36,076 nt of DNA from a virus. The translations under genes and the position numbers were made by a program. Below the pieces are notes generated by a model. It worked only from the letters and a program-made list of their open reading frames with translations. It ran no database searches and had not been told where the DNA came from. The DNA lies in the IMG/VR virus record IMGVR_UViG_3300029258_004576. One strand, written 5' to 3'. This document shows, one piece after another, positions 10,399 through 19,242 of the stretch. The stretch's first letter is position 1; every line of letters begins with the position of its first letter.

Positions 10399-11130
10399 CT
10401 AAGTTCCACCGCCTACCCCCTTGATTTTATGGCAAAATTCCACCACCGATGCAAGATCTGATGGATCAAGGTTGCCTCGTGACGCCGCCTGTCTGGCCCG
10501 CTCTATCTTGATTTGAGCCGCCCCTGCAATCGTCTGCCAAGTATACACCCACTGCCTTTTAGGTCGACCTTGCTTCAACCTAACACTGATATACTGCTCC
10601 ATGATTTCATCCAAAACTACTGCATCAGGTATGGAAATAACTCCCTCTCTCACTGCTGCTCTCATAACCTTGGACATTATCAAGAGGTTGTCTTTACGCA
10701 AATTAAACGGATTCTCATCTTTGTAATGCACTATGTATCCAGCCGGAAGATCTCCCCACATCAACCTGGCTCGATGGAGATGAAACTGTCTATACTCGTC
10801 ACCCCGACTCCGATGTCCAGGCAACCGAGTCGAACGCATGTATCGATACAATATGCCTTTGTGCCACTTCCACGGTAGCATCTTTGCATCCTCTTTATGT
10901 CTTTGACATCGCTGACCGGCGATAGCCAATGCCGAACACCCCTCATATCCACAAAGAGCCCAATCTAACCACGGAGACCTATCACTCCAGAAAATTTCAG
11001 CTCGCCCCAAGTCTGTTTCGTTTACTGTTCTCAAGATCCTGTTGTAAAGAAACAGACGACGAAACTTACTTGAACCGTCCCATAATTCTTTGAAAGTCAA
11101 CGACATCCGATAGCCTCTCACTGCTGACAA
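10399..11130 (-). CDS. HNH-like endonuclease with C-terminal HTH-like segment (start uncertain)
   Basis: HLHRARLMWG...IVHYKDENPFNLRKDNL resembles HNH_3; TWQTIAGAAQIKIERARQ is HTH-like. Confidence 0.6.
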   Translation of the reverse strand: MSAVRGYRMSLTFKELWDGSSKFRRLFLYNRILRTVNETDLGRAEIFWSDRSPWLDWALCGYEGCSALAIAGQRCQRHKEDAKMLPWKWHKGILYRYMRSTRLPGHRSRGDEYRQFHLHRARLMWGDLPAGYIVHYKDENPFNLRKDNLLIMSKVMRAAVREGVISIPDAVVLDEIMEQYISVRLKQGRPKRQWVYTWQTIAGAAQIKIERARQAASRGNLDPSDLASVVEFCHKIKGVGGGT

Positions 11131-11238
11131 ATCCGTTACTCATCTCAACCCCACGACGTTTCATCTTGTTTTTATCTCGTCGCCACCCAACGCACATCAA
11201 GCAGAAAGCCAAGAAAATCAAACTGTCTATCACCCACG

Positions 11239-11679
11239 TCAAAGCAATCTTTTCCTCAGTTTGAACACTTCCTTCACTCTCTCTTCTACCTGTTTACTTT
11301 TTTCAGTATTCCTGCCATCGAACACATCTGTCAACACTATCATCGCCTCTTCTACACGTCGCGCTCCCATCGGCTTTGCCGTAACACGATCAGGGTCTCC
11401 CAGCTCGAACGACCCCTCTCCTGTGTGCTGTCCCAACCACGGGAATATCTCCCGGTAATTTTCAACACGTCCTACTTCCGGCGCTAACTCCAAATACTCT
11501 CTCGGCCCATTATACTCTTCAAAACTGTGTATCGAATACTCCTTGCCAACCTTGAAATCGGACGTGACCTCCATCGGATTGATTGCCTTGAATCGACGAA
11601 ACACCCCAAAGCGACCATCCGCCGTTAACCACTTACCAGGAGCAATATTGTCTAACTCCAATTTTTTATTACGAGGCAT
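11239..11679 (-). CDS. Hypothetical protein
   Basis: 146-aa ORF with GGAGG RBS. Confidence 0.75.
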   Translation of the reverse strand: MPRNKKLELDNIAPGKWLTADGRFGVFRRFKAINPMEVTSDFKVGKEYSIHSFEEYNGPREYLELAPEVGRVENYREIFPWLGQHTGEGSFELGDPDRVTAKPMGARRVEEAMIVLTDVFDGRNTEKSKQVEERVKEVFKLRKRLL

Positions 11680-11694
11680 CGCTTCCTCCAGTGT

Positions 11695-12987
11695 TCAAAA
11701 ATCGATGTCATCCATCATTTTCAACAAATTCTTTGTAGAAAAAAAATCTGTCTGAATAGGCTTGATGTTTGAAATCCTGTCTTCACTAATCTTCACATAT
11801 TTCTCATTAAAATCTATCCCCACCGCCTCGAACCCTTCTTCAATTGCAGCAACCAACGTCGACCCAGAGCCACAAAAAGGATCCAATACAATACCCCCAG
11901 GCGGAGTTATCAAACGACATAACCACTTCATCAAAGCAAGCGGCTTGACCGTAGGATGTTTATTGTTTTTCCCTCGCTCACTTTTCGAAGCTCTAGCACA
12001 ATAAAAAAACCGAGCAGCAGAACCTTGATCGCCTTGTATAATCCTACCTACTCTGTTGTAATTCTTCCCTGACATACAGTTGTTTTCAGATTCTCTACAG
12101 ATATGATGCGATTTCATCGAACCACTCTTGGTGTACGGAAACATTGTCATTGGACAATCAGAATGACACTTCCAATCTTCAACTGTTTCTTCTCCGTTAT
12201 CGTCACCATATTGACAATATGTTTGTTCTCTATCTGGAGTTTGATGTCCTTTCTCCTCAGCATGAACACCACCTTTTCTGACCGGATTATTCCCACCGCT
12301 GATAGCCTTCACTTTTTTGTAACCCAAAAACTCACACTCTGGATGATGTGACAAAATCACATTGGCTGGCCAACGACCTTTGCTCTCAGTAAAATCACTG
12401 CGCTCTGAAATTCCTTCTCTGCTATAAACCCTACATCCATTAATATTGAGTGCTCCCGTACCATGCTTTAAAACATTTTTGACCACAGTCCCCTTAAAAG
12501 GCTTGTAAGCAAGCACAATTGGCTCATATGCAGGCTTGATTGATGTCCCCCACCCTTCCCACTTAATAGCTTCCGGAGTAACAGGAGCTGTCTCAACCGT
12601 GCCCAGCTTTTTTCTCTCTACCCCTGCTGCTTTGTCTATAGCTTTTCCGACGTTATGACTTTTTGGCATTCCTGAGCCATGAATCCACATCAAACAATCT
12701 TTGATCTCAAAACCTGCATCCTCGATAGCACACGTCAACCTATGATAAAGACGCGTTCCACCAAAAGCCACCATGTTGCCACCCGGCTTCAATACCCTCA
12801 AGCACTCAGTCCAATACTCAACCCCAGGAACAGCATGATCCCATTTTTTACCCATGAACAACAAGCCATATGGAGGATCCGTAACAATCGAATCTATCGA
12901 ACATTCATCCATCTCCCCCATGACGTCTATACAATCACCTTCTATCAACCGATACTCTACATCCAATTTTTTACCCAAAGCCATCAT
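11695..12987 (-). CDS. DNA N6-adenine/N4-cytosine methyltransferase (beta class)
   Basis: TDPPY near N-terminus; HPTVKP and LDPFCGSGST near C-terminus. Confidence 0.93.
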   Translation of the reverse strand: MMALGKKLDVEYRLIEGDCIDVMGEMDECSIDSIVTDPPYGLLFMGKKWDHAVPGVEYWTECLRVLKPGGNMVAFGGTRLYHRLTCAIEDAGFEIKDCLMWIHGSGMPKSHNVGKAIDKAAGVERKKLGTVETAPVTPEAIKWEGWGTSIKPAYEPIVLAYKPFKGTVVKNVLKHGTGALNINGCRVYSREGISERSDFTESKGRWPANVILSHHPECEFLGYKKVKAISGGNNPVRKGGVHAEEKGHQTPDREQTYCQYGDDNGEETVEDWKCHSDCPMTMFPYTKSGSMKSHHICRESENNCMSGKNYNRVGRIIQGDQGSAARFFYCARASKSERGKNNKHPTVKPLALMKWLCRLITPPGGIVLDPFCGSGSTLVAAIEEGFEAVGIDFNEKYVKISEDRISNIKPIQTDFFSTKNLLKMMDDIDF

Positions 12988-13262
12988 TTCACCAATCTTC
13001 CCACCGCGAGATCGTACACCTCGCCTCTCGAAATCCGATTACCACCAACCGAATAAGCCACCAAGAAAGCGATGTTCGTCTCAAACCCAGCTTCAAAAGC
13101 CTTTGCAAACATCTTACTCTGCTCGTCTGTCAACTCTTCAGCCTCTTCACTGTCTCTCTTGTTCAAGTGCCCTTGGTACTTCTTTTCCCCCTTCTCGTTA
13201 TCTATTTTTTTCCAGAACAGCTCGTACGTACAATCAGACGGTTTCAAAAAATCCTTGCTCAC
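12984..13262 (-). CDS. Hypothetical protein
   Basis: 92-aa ORF, stop overlaps the next start. Confidence 0.65.
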   Translation of the reverse strand: MSKDFLKPSDCTYELFWKKIDNEKGEKKYQGHLNKRDSEEAEELTDEQSKMFAKAFEAGFETNIAFLVAYSVGGNRISRGEVYDLAVGRLVK

Positions 13263-13321
13263 AATTTCACCACCAAATCCAAAAATATTATTTCAAAAAA
13301 AACGCTCACCACACCTGGATA

Positions 13322-13771
13322 TTACTCTTTTACTTTTTTCATCTTTTTAAAATCAAAAATCACTAACCCTTCTGCTAGCTTGTCACTGATCACACCATCA
13401 AACCCCGCCTTTTTTGCATGGTATGTAATGAAATTAGCAAACATCGGATCGTCCGTATAGCCATACGGATCAAAACCCATCTCTGCCTTCAAATCTATAA
13501 CCAACTGACTTCTGGAATCCAATATTTTAAGCCCTGGCTTGAGTTTGTATGCCTCCACCTTGCCACCTTGCCCATGGTGTTGAGCAAACGCCTTAGCCAC
13601 CCTCTTGTCCCATGTGAGATACACCCCTGCACCAATGGCACCCATACCAATACCTTTGCCCCCCTTGTCCGAACCTCGATAGAAAACACCTCTGTTACGC
13701 TTGTGTAGAAACTTGTAAAAATCAGCTTCGCCTTTTAGTTCATCCAAATACTCACGACGTCTGAGTGACAT
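13322..13771 (-). CDS. ADP-ribosyltransferase-like protein
   Basis: FYRG ... GAGVYLTWDKRVAKAFA ... GFDGVI ... EGLVIFD pattern of phage ART-fold proteins; start placed at MSLRRREYLDE. Confidence 0.65.
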   Translation of the reverse strand: MSLRRREYLDELKGEADFYKFLHKRNRGVFYRGSDKGGKGIGMGAIGAGVYLTWDKRVAKAFAQHHGQGGKVEAYKLKPGLKILDSRSQLVIDLKAEMGFDPYGYTDDPMFANFITYHAKKAGFDGVISDKLAEGLVIFDFKKMKKVKE

Positions 13772-13782
13772 GATCCCCCCTA

Positions 13783-14103
13783 TCAATAGTTATCCAAATG
13801 ATCGACCAGATCTTTCCCCTGCTTGTACAGAAAGTTCACAACCTTCTCCGGCGAAAACTTTGGATCAACATACTTTCTGGGATCAATATGCAAAGACCTT
13901 GCAGAACCAAATTGAAGACTGGGCTTGGAAGCGTACACCGCCTGCTTCTTGAACCAAAGTTTGACGTCACCCTTGGTAGCATGAGGGATCTTCAATCCTT
14001 TTTTTACCGCCCACCCCGCACTCTCCAGCCACGACAGTAACTTCACTTGCGCTGAAGCAAACGTCTCTTTTTTCTCCGCCAAATACGTCCTGTATCTCAA
14101 CAT
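13783..14103 (-). CDS. Hypothetical basic protein, possibly virion-internal
   Basis: 106-aa ORF starting MLRYRTYLAE. Confidence 0.7.
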   Translation of the reverse strand: MLRYRTYLAEKKETFASAQVKLLSWLESAGWAVKKGLKIPHATKGDVKLWFKKQAVYASKPSLQFGSARSLHIDPRKYVDPKFSPEKVVNFLYKQGKDLVDHLDNY

Positions 14104-14118
14104 CGTAAACCCACCTTT

Positions 14119-14418
14119 CTAGGAGACATAATCCGAAAAAGCTTTTGCCGATTTTTTAGCATCGCCCATATTCCTGATGGTCTTTTTACCGTGCTTAACA
14201 AACGGAGTTTTGTCATCACCAAAATTGGGTTCAAAGATCTTGTCCCCAACGCCAAACCCAACTATCGCACGATGACTCCATCCATACCACTTTTGCTCTT
14301 TTTCAGAAAAACCCAAACCAGTCCCTCGACCAACAATGCTATGCTTTTCGAAAAACTTCTGGAGCCCAGTTTTTCCACCCTCGATCAAGTACCCTCTGCG
14401 TCAAAGACTAATATACAT
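14119..14418 (-). pseudogene. Phage hypothetical gene with in-frame TGA at codon 6 (nonsense allele or readthrough)
   Basis: GAGGA-5nt-ATG TAT ATT AGT CTT TGA CGC AGA GGG TAC TTG ATC GAG, in frame with ORF 14119..14388 (GFSEKEQKWYGWSHRA). Confidence 0.6.
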
Positions 14419-14629
14419 AGATGTCCTCAATTTCTGTTTTCTTCATCTCAATTCGGTCAACAGAATAATCTTTATCAAAGAGGTGTATGGTACATGATTT
14501 AGGCAAAAACACGAAACAAAGAAACGCAAACCAAAACAGCCAAAACAACCAAAACGCCACGTAAAAAACAGACAAACCAATTTTCAACAACAGAGCACGG
14601 TTTGTCTGGCAGCACGTAACCATCGTCAC
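14408..14629 (-). CDS. Small membrane protein
   Basis: Phe/Trp-rich hydrophobic stretch; coupled to the upstream gene. Confidence 0.5.
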   Translation of the reverse strand: MTMVTCCQTNRALLLKIGLSVFYVAFWLFWLFWFAFLCFVFLPKSCTIHLFDKDYSVDRIEMKKTEIEDIYVY

Positions 14630-14883
14630 CTCTTCTCTTCACGATACATACGGAAAAAGGTCGAAGCAAGGTTTAACCCACTACCCTTCTTCTCACCTCC
14701 TTCCTGATCGTAAGCCCAAAGCCTCTCTGCTTTGTTATCGTAAATGCTTTCAACTCGTTTTTTATCTGGCGGTAAACGATTAGATGACGCCTGTAGAATA
14801 TAGATATGCTCATTATCCGTAAACTCGCCCGGATAACACTCCGACATCAACCTGCAAATATTCAACTTCTCTTCAAACTCCAT
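14626..14883 (-). CDS. Hypothetical protein
   Basis: 85-aa ORF with GGAG RBS. Confidence 0.7.
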   Translation of the reverse strand: MEFEEKLNICRLMSECYPGEFTDNEHIYILQASSNRLPPDKKRVESIYDNKAERLWAYDQEGGEKKGSGLNLASTFFRMYREEKR

Positions 14884-15079
14884 CCGACTCTCCCTTCTTT
14901 ACTCTTGCCGCAATCCATTCGTCTAACGCCTCGACCGGCACCAGACGTCTCTTGGCCACCTTGATAGACGGTAAACCTTCCTCCTTGAACAACCGCCACA
15001 TGGTACTACGACCTACGTGTAACAGCTTTGCCGCGTCCTCCACCGTCAACAACCTGTCCTTGACCTTCTCAATATCCAT
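14873..15079 (-). CDS. Excisionase-like/HTH_17 DNA-binding protein
   Basis: LLTVEDAAKLLHVGRSTMWRL...LPSIKVAKRRLVPVEALDEWI. Confidence 0.88.
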   Translation of the reverse strand: MDIEKVKDRLLTVEDAAKLLHVGRSTMWRLFKEEGLPSIKVAKRRLVPVEALDEWIAARVKKGESDGV

Positions 15080-15089
15080 GAACTACTCC

Positions 15090-15305
15090 TCACACTACTG
15101 TGTTCGCGTTATACTTCGGAGCCAAAGGTCGATAAGACTCTGGTGCTTTCTCTCCACACTGTGGACACTTCATGTCCGGAATTACTATGTTGTGGAAATA
15201 CTTGTCGTCATACCCCACTCCCTCATTAGTAAAACCGCAACTTTCGCACTCGTATATCGCTACGAAATCCCTACGACACTGTGATTTGATTTCCTTGATC
15301 TTCAT
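15090..15305 (-). CDS. Small zinc-ribbon protein
   Basis: CESC and CPQC pairs; GGAGG RBS. Confidence 0.78.
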   Translation of the reverse strand: MKIKEIKSQCRRDFVAIYECESCGFTNEGVGYDDKYFHNIVIPDMKCPQCGEKAPESYRPLAPKYNANTVV

Positions 15306-15319
15306 CCAATCCCTCCTTG

Positions 15320-15781
15320 CTAAAATGGTATATCGTCGTCTCCACCTTCGTCATCACCCGACCAACCACCGAACTCAACCTGTCCATCCGTATAACCAAC
15401 CTCTCCAGATTTACTACGTGAAGCCACACTTTCTCGTTCCGCCTCCTCGTCATAATCGTCAAAAGGCACAAGCCCTTTGCAATTTGGAAATGACGTGCAC
15501 CCCCAAAACGGATGACCGTCAGAGTGACGTCTACGCTTCACCATCACACTGCCACATTCACAAATAGGCGGCTCCCCCGGTTTCTCAGCACCCCTCACCC
15601 TAACCTTTGCCCGTGAAGATGACGTAGTATCAGCAGTGTCCTGATACCAGACAGCCACGCAGATACCGATACTGAGTGAACTTAAATTCTCTCTCACTAC
15701 TGTCGGTTTGTAGACTGTTATCCAAGCGTTTATCTCATCTTCTACCGCCTGAACATTACCACTAAAAAGCTTTACCAACAT
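15320..15781 (-). CDS. Protein with topoisomerase-type C4 zinc finger and SSB-like DDDIPF tail
   Basis: PICECGSVMVKR...FWGCTSFPNCKG; C-terminus GGDDDIPF. Confidence 0.8.
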   Translation of the reverse strand: MLVKLFSGNVQAVEDEINAWITVYKPTVVRENLSSLSIGICVAVWYQDTADTTSSSRAKVRVRGAEKPGEPPICECGSVMVKRRRHSDGHPFWGCTSFPNCKGLVPFDDYDEEAERESVASRSKSGEVGYTDGQVEFGGWSGDDEGGDDDIPF

Positions 15782-16066
15782 CCATTTTCTCCTGTCCGGT
15801 TATGTCCAAATTCGTGTGTGAACAGTTCTAACTATTCTCAAAATAGCTGTCAACGATTTTGCGTACTACGATCAATTAAAACCCACTGATCTCTCTCATC
15901 TCCGAAGCCAACACAGCTCAAAAATAAGGTAGAAATCAACCAACTCATCACAAAGATTAGAAAAAGGTAGGACAACACAATAGCAACAAACAACAGATCG
16001 CTTTTCAAAACGCCTCTCTTCCCACCACAAATCTAAACGAAGAAAAGAGTTTCGATCAATTTCTAG

Positions 16067-16552
16067 TTAAGATACCGCTGCTTTGATTCTCTCAATATAT
16101 TGAGGTAAAGATGTACTGACGTTAATCTTCCACGAGCCCTCTAACCCCCTGTTATGAGCCTTCACCTGATGAAACAAATTGTCCTTCATCACATAGTTGC
16201 CATCAACACCAACTAACAACTTATGCGGTCCACCACCAACACAATACCGTCCCATTTGGCAACCAAGCTCAAACATCGTGTTTGATTGCTCCAAAAAGTG
16301 CCCATAATCAAAATAAAAGGCCAAAACATCTGACAACCACAACGCCTCTTGTGACCAGTCAACTCTCTCCCGTATGGAAACAATCTCCCCCTTGGGGATA
16401 CTCGGATCTATCACTGTGCCCTTGACCTCAAGGTTGAACAATGCATCCACTACAACCTGTCGCCAATTTTCGTCTTCTAATTGATCGCCTGCAATATATA
16501 TTGCCGGACGCTCCAACCCCTTCAACGGCTCCAATATTTTCAGATGCTTCAC
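16067..16552 (-). CDS. Nucleoside 2-deoxyribosyltransferase-like protein
   Basis: IYIAG...WRQ...IDP...VDW...SDVLAFYF...TMFELG; GTG start after GGAGG. Confidence 0.7.
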   Translation of the reverse strand: MKHLKILEPLKGLERPAIYIAGDQLEDENWRQVVVDALFNLEVKGTVIDPSIPKGEIVSIRERVDWSQEALWLSDVLAFYFDYGHFLEQSNTMFELGCQMGRYCVGGGPHKLLVGVDGNYVMKDNLFHQVKAHNRGLEGSWKINVSTSLPQYIERIKAAVS

Positions 16553-16695
16553 AATCCCACCTCCTCGAAAAAAGAGCGCGTGATGCACGTCATCGCAGAC
16601 AGGAATAATGTCTCAACGAAACGGGGGGATTCCGGAAGCAACATTACTCAACCACCTTGCAAATCGGTGCATCACGCCCTCATGCCATCAACTAC

Positions 16696-16962
16696 TCAAT
16701 CAGATCTTGGTATGTTGAAAATATCATCAAAACATCGTGCTGTACGACAAAAAATATTCGAGCCAGAAATCTTCCCCTTGTCGTCAATATTGTCACTGAT
16801 GAGATGTTTCTTCAACCCCACAGTAATGTTGCCATACACAACAATGTACTCCTCACTATCAACCTCATGCATTTTGTTGCACACAGAACATCTGACAACA
16901 TTTACCGTGCTCGTAGCTGCTGCCATCACCTTGTCTCTCATGTTCACTTTCATCTTGGGCAT
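16696..16962 (-). CDS. Hypothetical Cys-containing protein
   Basis: CxxC ... CxxxxC; abuts the upstream stop. Confidence 0.65.
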   Translation of the reverse strand: MPKMKVNMRDKVMAAATSTVNVVRCSVCNKMHEVDSEEYIVVYGNITVGLKKHLISDNIDDKGKISGSNIFCRTARCFDDIFNIPRSD

Positions 16963-17328
16963 TTACACCGCTCTCCCTTGCTTTTTCACTGACGTCTGTT
17001 TCGGTATAGGCTTTCCACCAAACCGCCCCTCTTCACCAGGACGACCGTTTATCGTACGCTCCTCCCACTTGGCAGAAGCCCGCTGCTCACTCCACCTTGA
17101 CATAATGTCTTTGGCCCATAGAAATGGAGACTCATGATCGTCTTTTATGCTCCCCATCTCATGCATCACATGCTTATTGATGATCAAGAACAAAAGCCAC
17201 TTACCACCCTGACGTACCATCCCCCACTGCTTGTAAGCATACGCTTCCGGATCACTGGATGTTTTCTTCCAATTTTTCTTCTCAATCTTCTCTGTCTGTA
17301 TGTCCATTTTTCCCTCCGTTTTGACCAC
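16963..17328 (-). CDS. Hypothetical protein
   Basis: ORF with GGAGG RBS before internal MDIQ, the likely start. Confidence 0.65.
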   Translation of the reverse strand: MVKTEGKMDIQTEKIEKKNWKKTSSDPEAYAYKQWGMVRQGGKWLLFLIINKHVMHEMGSIKDDHESPFLWAKDIMSRWSEQRASAKWEERTINGRPGEEGRFGGKPIPKQTSVKKQGRAV

Positions 17329-17471
17329 CTTAGCCCGAGATTACAACACTTTGCAATCCTTTTGACACTTAGTCCCCAATTTGTCGAAATCATTGGTTTT
17401 TTAACAACAAACGCACTTGATTTCATTTTATTACACTTTTTGACCCAAAAAATGGTATTATATATATAGAC

Positions 17472-17499
17472 AAATACCCAGTCAGAGACTGGAAGGAAA
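17472..17499 (+). promoter_or_regulatory. Hairpin + RBS repeat, copy 1
   Basis: aaatacCCAGTCagaGACTGGaaggaaa immediately before ATG 17506. Confidence 0.75.
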
Positions 17500-17505
17500 A
17501 AGTGA

Positions 17506-17775
17506 ATGGATTTCACTACATTGAAAAACACAATGGAAGCAATCGCAGAAAAAGAACTCAAAAGGACTAACGGAAAAACTGCATTTGAAGATCTTCGAAT
17601 TCCTTGCCGATGGTTTGCCGCAACAGGCAATGGACAACCCTTGATGCGATGCATCAATGACCATGTTTCAGAATTTGGTTTACAGACCGAAGAACACGGT
17701 CTCATATGTCTCGAATGCTTCGAACCAGTAGTTTGGACTTTCCCGGAAGACAAGGAAGGTCCACTCAAAACATAA
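17506..17775 (+). CDS. Hypothetical protein (plus-strand island gene 1)
   Basis: 89-aa ORF after hairpin-RBS repeat. Confidence 0.75.
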   Translation: MDFTTLKNTMEAIAEKELKRTNGKTAFEDLRIPCRWFAATGNGQPLMRCINDHVSEFGLQTEEHGLICLECFEPVVWTFPEDKEGPLKT

Positions 17776-17801
17776 ATGCCCAGTCAGAGACTGGAAGGAA
17801 A
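17774..17801 (+). promoter_or_regulatory. Hairpin + RBS repeat, copy 2
   Basis: aaatgcCCAGTCagaGACTGGaaggaaa, 27/28 identical to copy 1, before ATG 17813. Confidence 0.75.
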
Positions 17802-17812
17802 GAGAGACAAAA

Positions 17813-18475
17813 ATGACAACAATCAAAATCAACCAATCGACCAATCACAATTATTTCCGCTACCCCATGCAAGCCCAACCTCAGCCTGCATACATCCAGC
17901 TCGACTGTGAGGAGGGACTCCTTTTCTCTGAATACAACGGAGAAATCGGTGCCGCTACTCCGTTCACCATCCATCACAGACAAGAACTCCGATGGAACAT
18001 CAACATCTATCTCAGAGTAGACTCAATCAACGAACTCCTCGAAGAGATCAAGCCACTCGCACAGGAGATCGTAAACGGATACGAATCTGTCCATGACGGT
18101 AGCAACTGGGTCGGCAAATTCACAGATGAAGCCGAAAAAGCCATCGAACAAGTCAAGCAATCAATACGATGCTTCCGCAAACAGAAGTTCTCCATGATTT
18201 GCGACTGGGAAGAGTGGTTCGTTGACGGCTGGCCCATGGCTGTTGAAACTCTGTCCAGCTGCAAATCAGCCGAAAATTTCAACCAGCTAGTTGCACAGAA
18301 TATGGAGACACAGAACTATAAAATCGAGTCAACCGAGAATCCCACAGCCACCGAGTGGATCGTAGAACAACTCAATGACACCATCACCGAGTGTGAAGGA
18401 TGCTCTGCCAATGATCTCGCTCGCCTTATGGGTATCATGAGACAGCTTCCTAGCTGGCTCCAAAAGATGCTCTAA
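17813..18475 (+). CDS. Hypothetical protein (plus-strand island gene 2)
   Basis: 220-aa ORF with no competing long minus-strand ORF. Confidence 0.82.
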   Translation: MTTIKINQSTNHNYFRYPMQAQPQPAYIQLDCEEGLLFSEYNGEIGAATPFTIHHRQELRWNINIYLRVDSINELLEEIKPLAQEIVNGYESVHDGSNWVGKFTDEAEKAIEQVKQSIRCFRKQKFSMICDWEEWFVDGWPMAVETLSSCKSAENFNQLVAQNMETQNYKIESTENPTATEWIVEQLNDTITECEGCSANDLARLMGIMRQLPSWLQKML

Positions 18476-18575
18476 TACACGCTCCATGTTACCATTTCTC
18501 ACCAATACCCGCCCGTTACCCTACGCCGAGGCTAACAGCCAACAGGGGGCGGCTAAGGCCCCACAGGAGGAATCC

Positions 18576-18797
18576 ATGACAGATAAACAAATCTATCATC
18601 TCACATCAAATGACACACCAATGTGCCGAATAAACATCTTCACACTTAAAGAGCTTGGCTACCCATATTGCAGCCAACTCTCCCTCCCTGAAGCCGAATC
18701 CGCCATAAAAAAATGTATCGAGAAACTCAAGACCCAGGACCTCTCTCCGGAAGAATACAATCTATCAATCGTTGCCGGACCCTGCCCTTACTCCTGA
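18576..18797 (+). CDS. Hypothetical protein (plus-strand island gene 3)
   Basis: AGGAGG RBS and ATG at 18576 (MTDKQ), preceded by a GC-rich hairpin. Confidence 0.72.
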   Translation: MTDKQIYHLTSNDTPMCRINIFTLKELGYPYCSQLSLPEAESAIKKCIEKLKTQDLSPEEYNLSIVAGPCPYS

Positions 18798-19034
18798 TCA
18801 CTGCGCCGAGAAAATGACAAAGTAAACCCCCTCCATGTACCCACCCGTAAATATAGTCTGGGTGACGTCTTCCGACAACACCCGTCGAATGCACAAAGTT
18901 TCCGCCTCTCGAATATCGTACAACGCCTTCCAGACGTCATAAAAACTCGGAAGCTGCTTCGGTAGAATCAACCATTCGGCTTTCCTGTCCTTCTGATATT
19001 GAATCGTAAACATCCCACTCCTTCTCGCGCTCAA
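18798..19034 (-). CDS. Hypothetical protein
   Basis: ORF convergent with the island; likely start MFTIQ after AGGAG. Confidence 0.55.
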   Translation of the reverse strand: MSARRSGMFTIQYQKDRKAEWLILPKQLPSFYDVWKALYDIREAETLCIRRVLSEDVTQTIFTGGYMEGVYFVIFSAQ

Positions 19035-19242
19035 TCAGAAATCTTGATTGGCAGGAACAATGATAACAAGAGGTTTCGACGTCAAGAAGATTAACCCCAT
19101 TGACTTACTTCCTCCATCTCATTTGGCGTTGAGGGTGCCCTCCCTTTTGCCTCCCGTGGCATCCATCAAGATCCCTGATTGAACACAAGAACAACATTCT
19201 TTTTTTTAGTATGCAGAAGACAGGACGTCAAGATCTCGTCAA

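Noticed and set aside
14385-14406. prfB-like CTT TGA C +1 frameshift site
   Set aside because: The +1 frame stops after five codons (GAC GCA GAG GGT ACT TGA); the conserved protein continues in frame 0.
14873-15079. Prophage excision module
   Set aside because: The HTH_17 gene has no integrase or att site nearby; such proteins are often just regulators.
15824-15853. Promoter TTGACA-17-TAGAAC on the minus strand (similar weak candidates near 295, 19085 and 19230)
   Set aside because: The -10 match or spacing is too poor to support without transcript data.
335-17469. Numerous plus-strand ORFs (also 19291..35913)
   Set aside because: They are antisense shadows of well-supported minus-strand genes, with no recognisable motifs.
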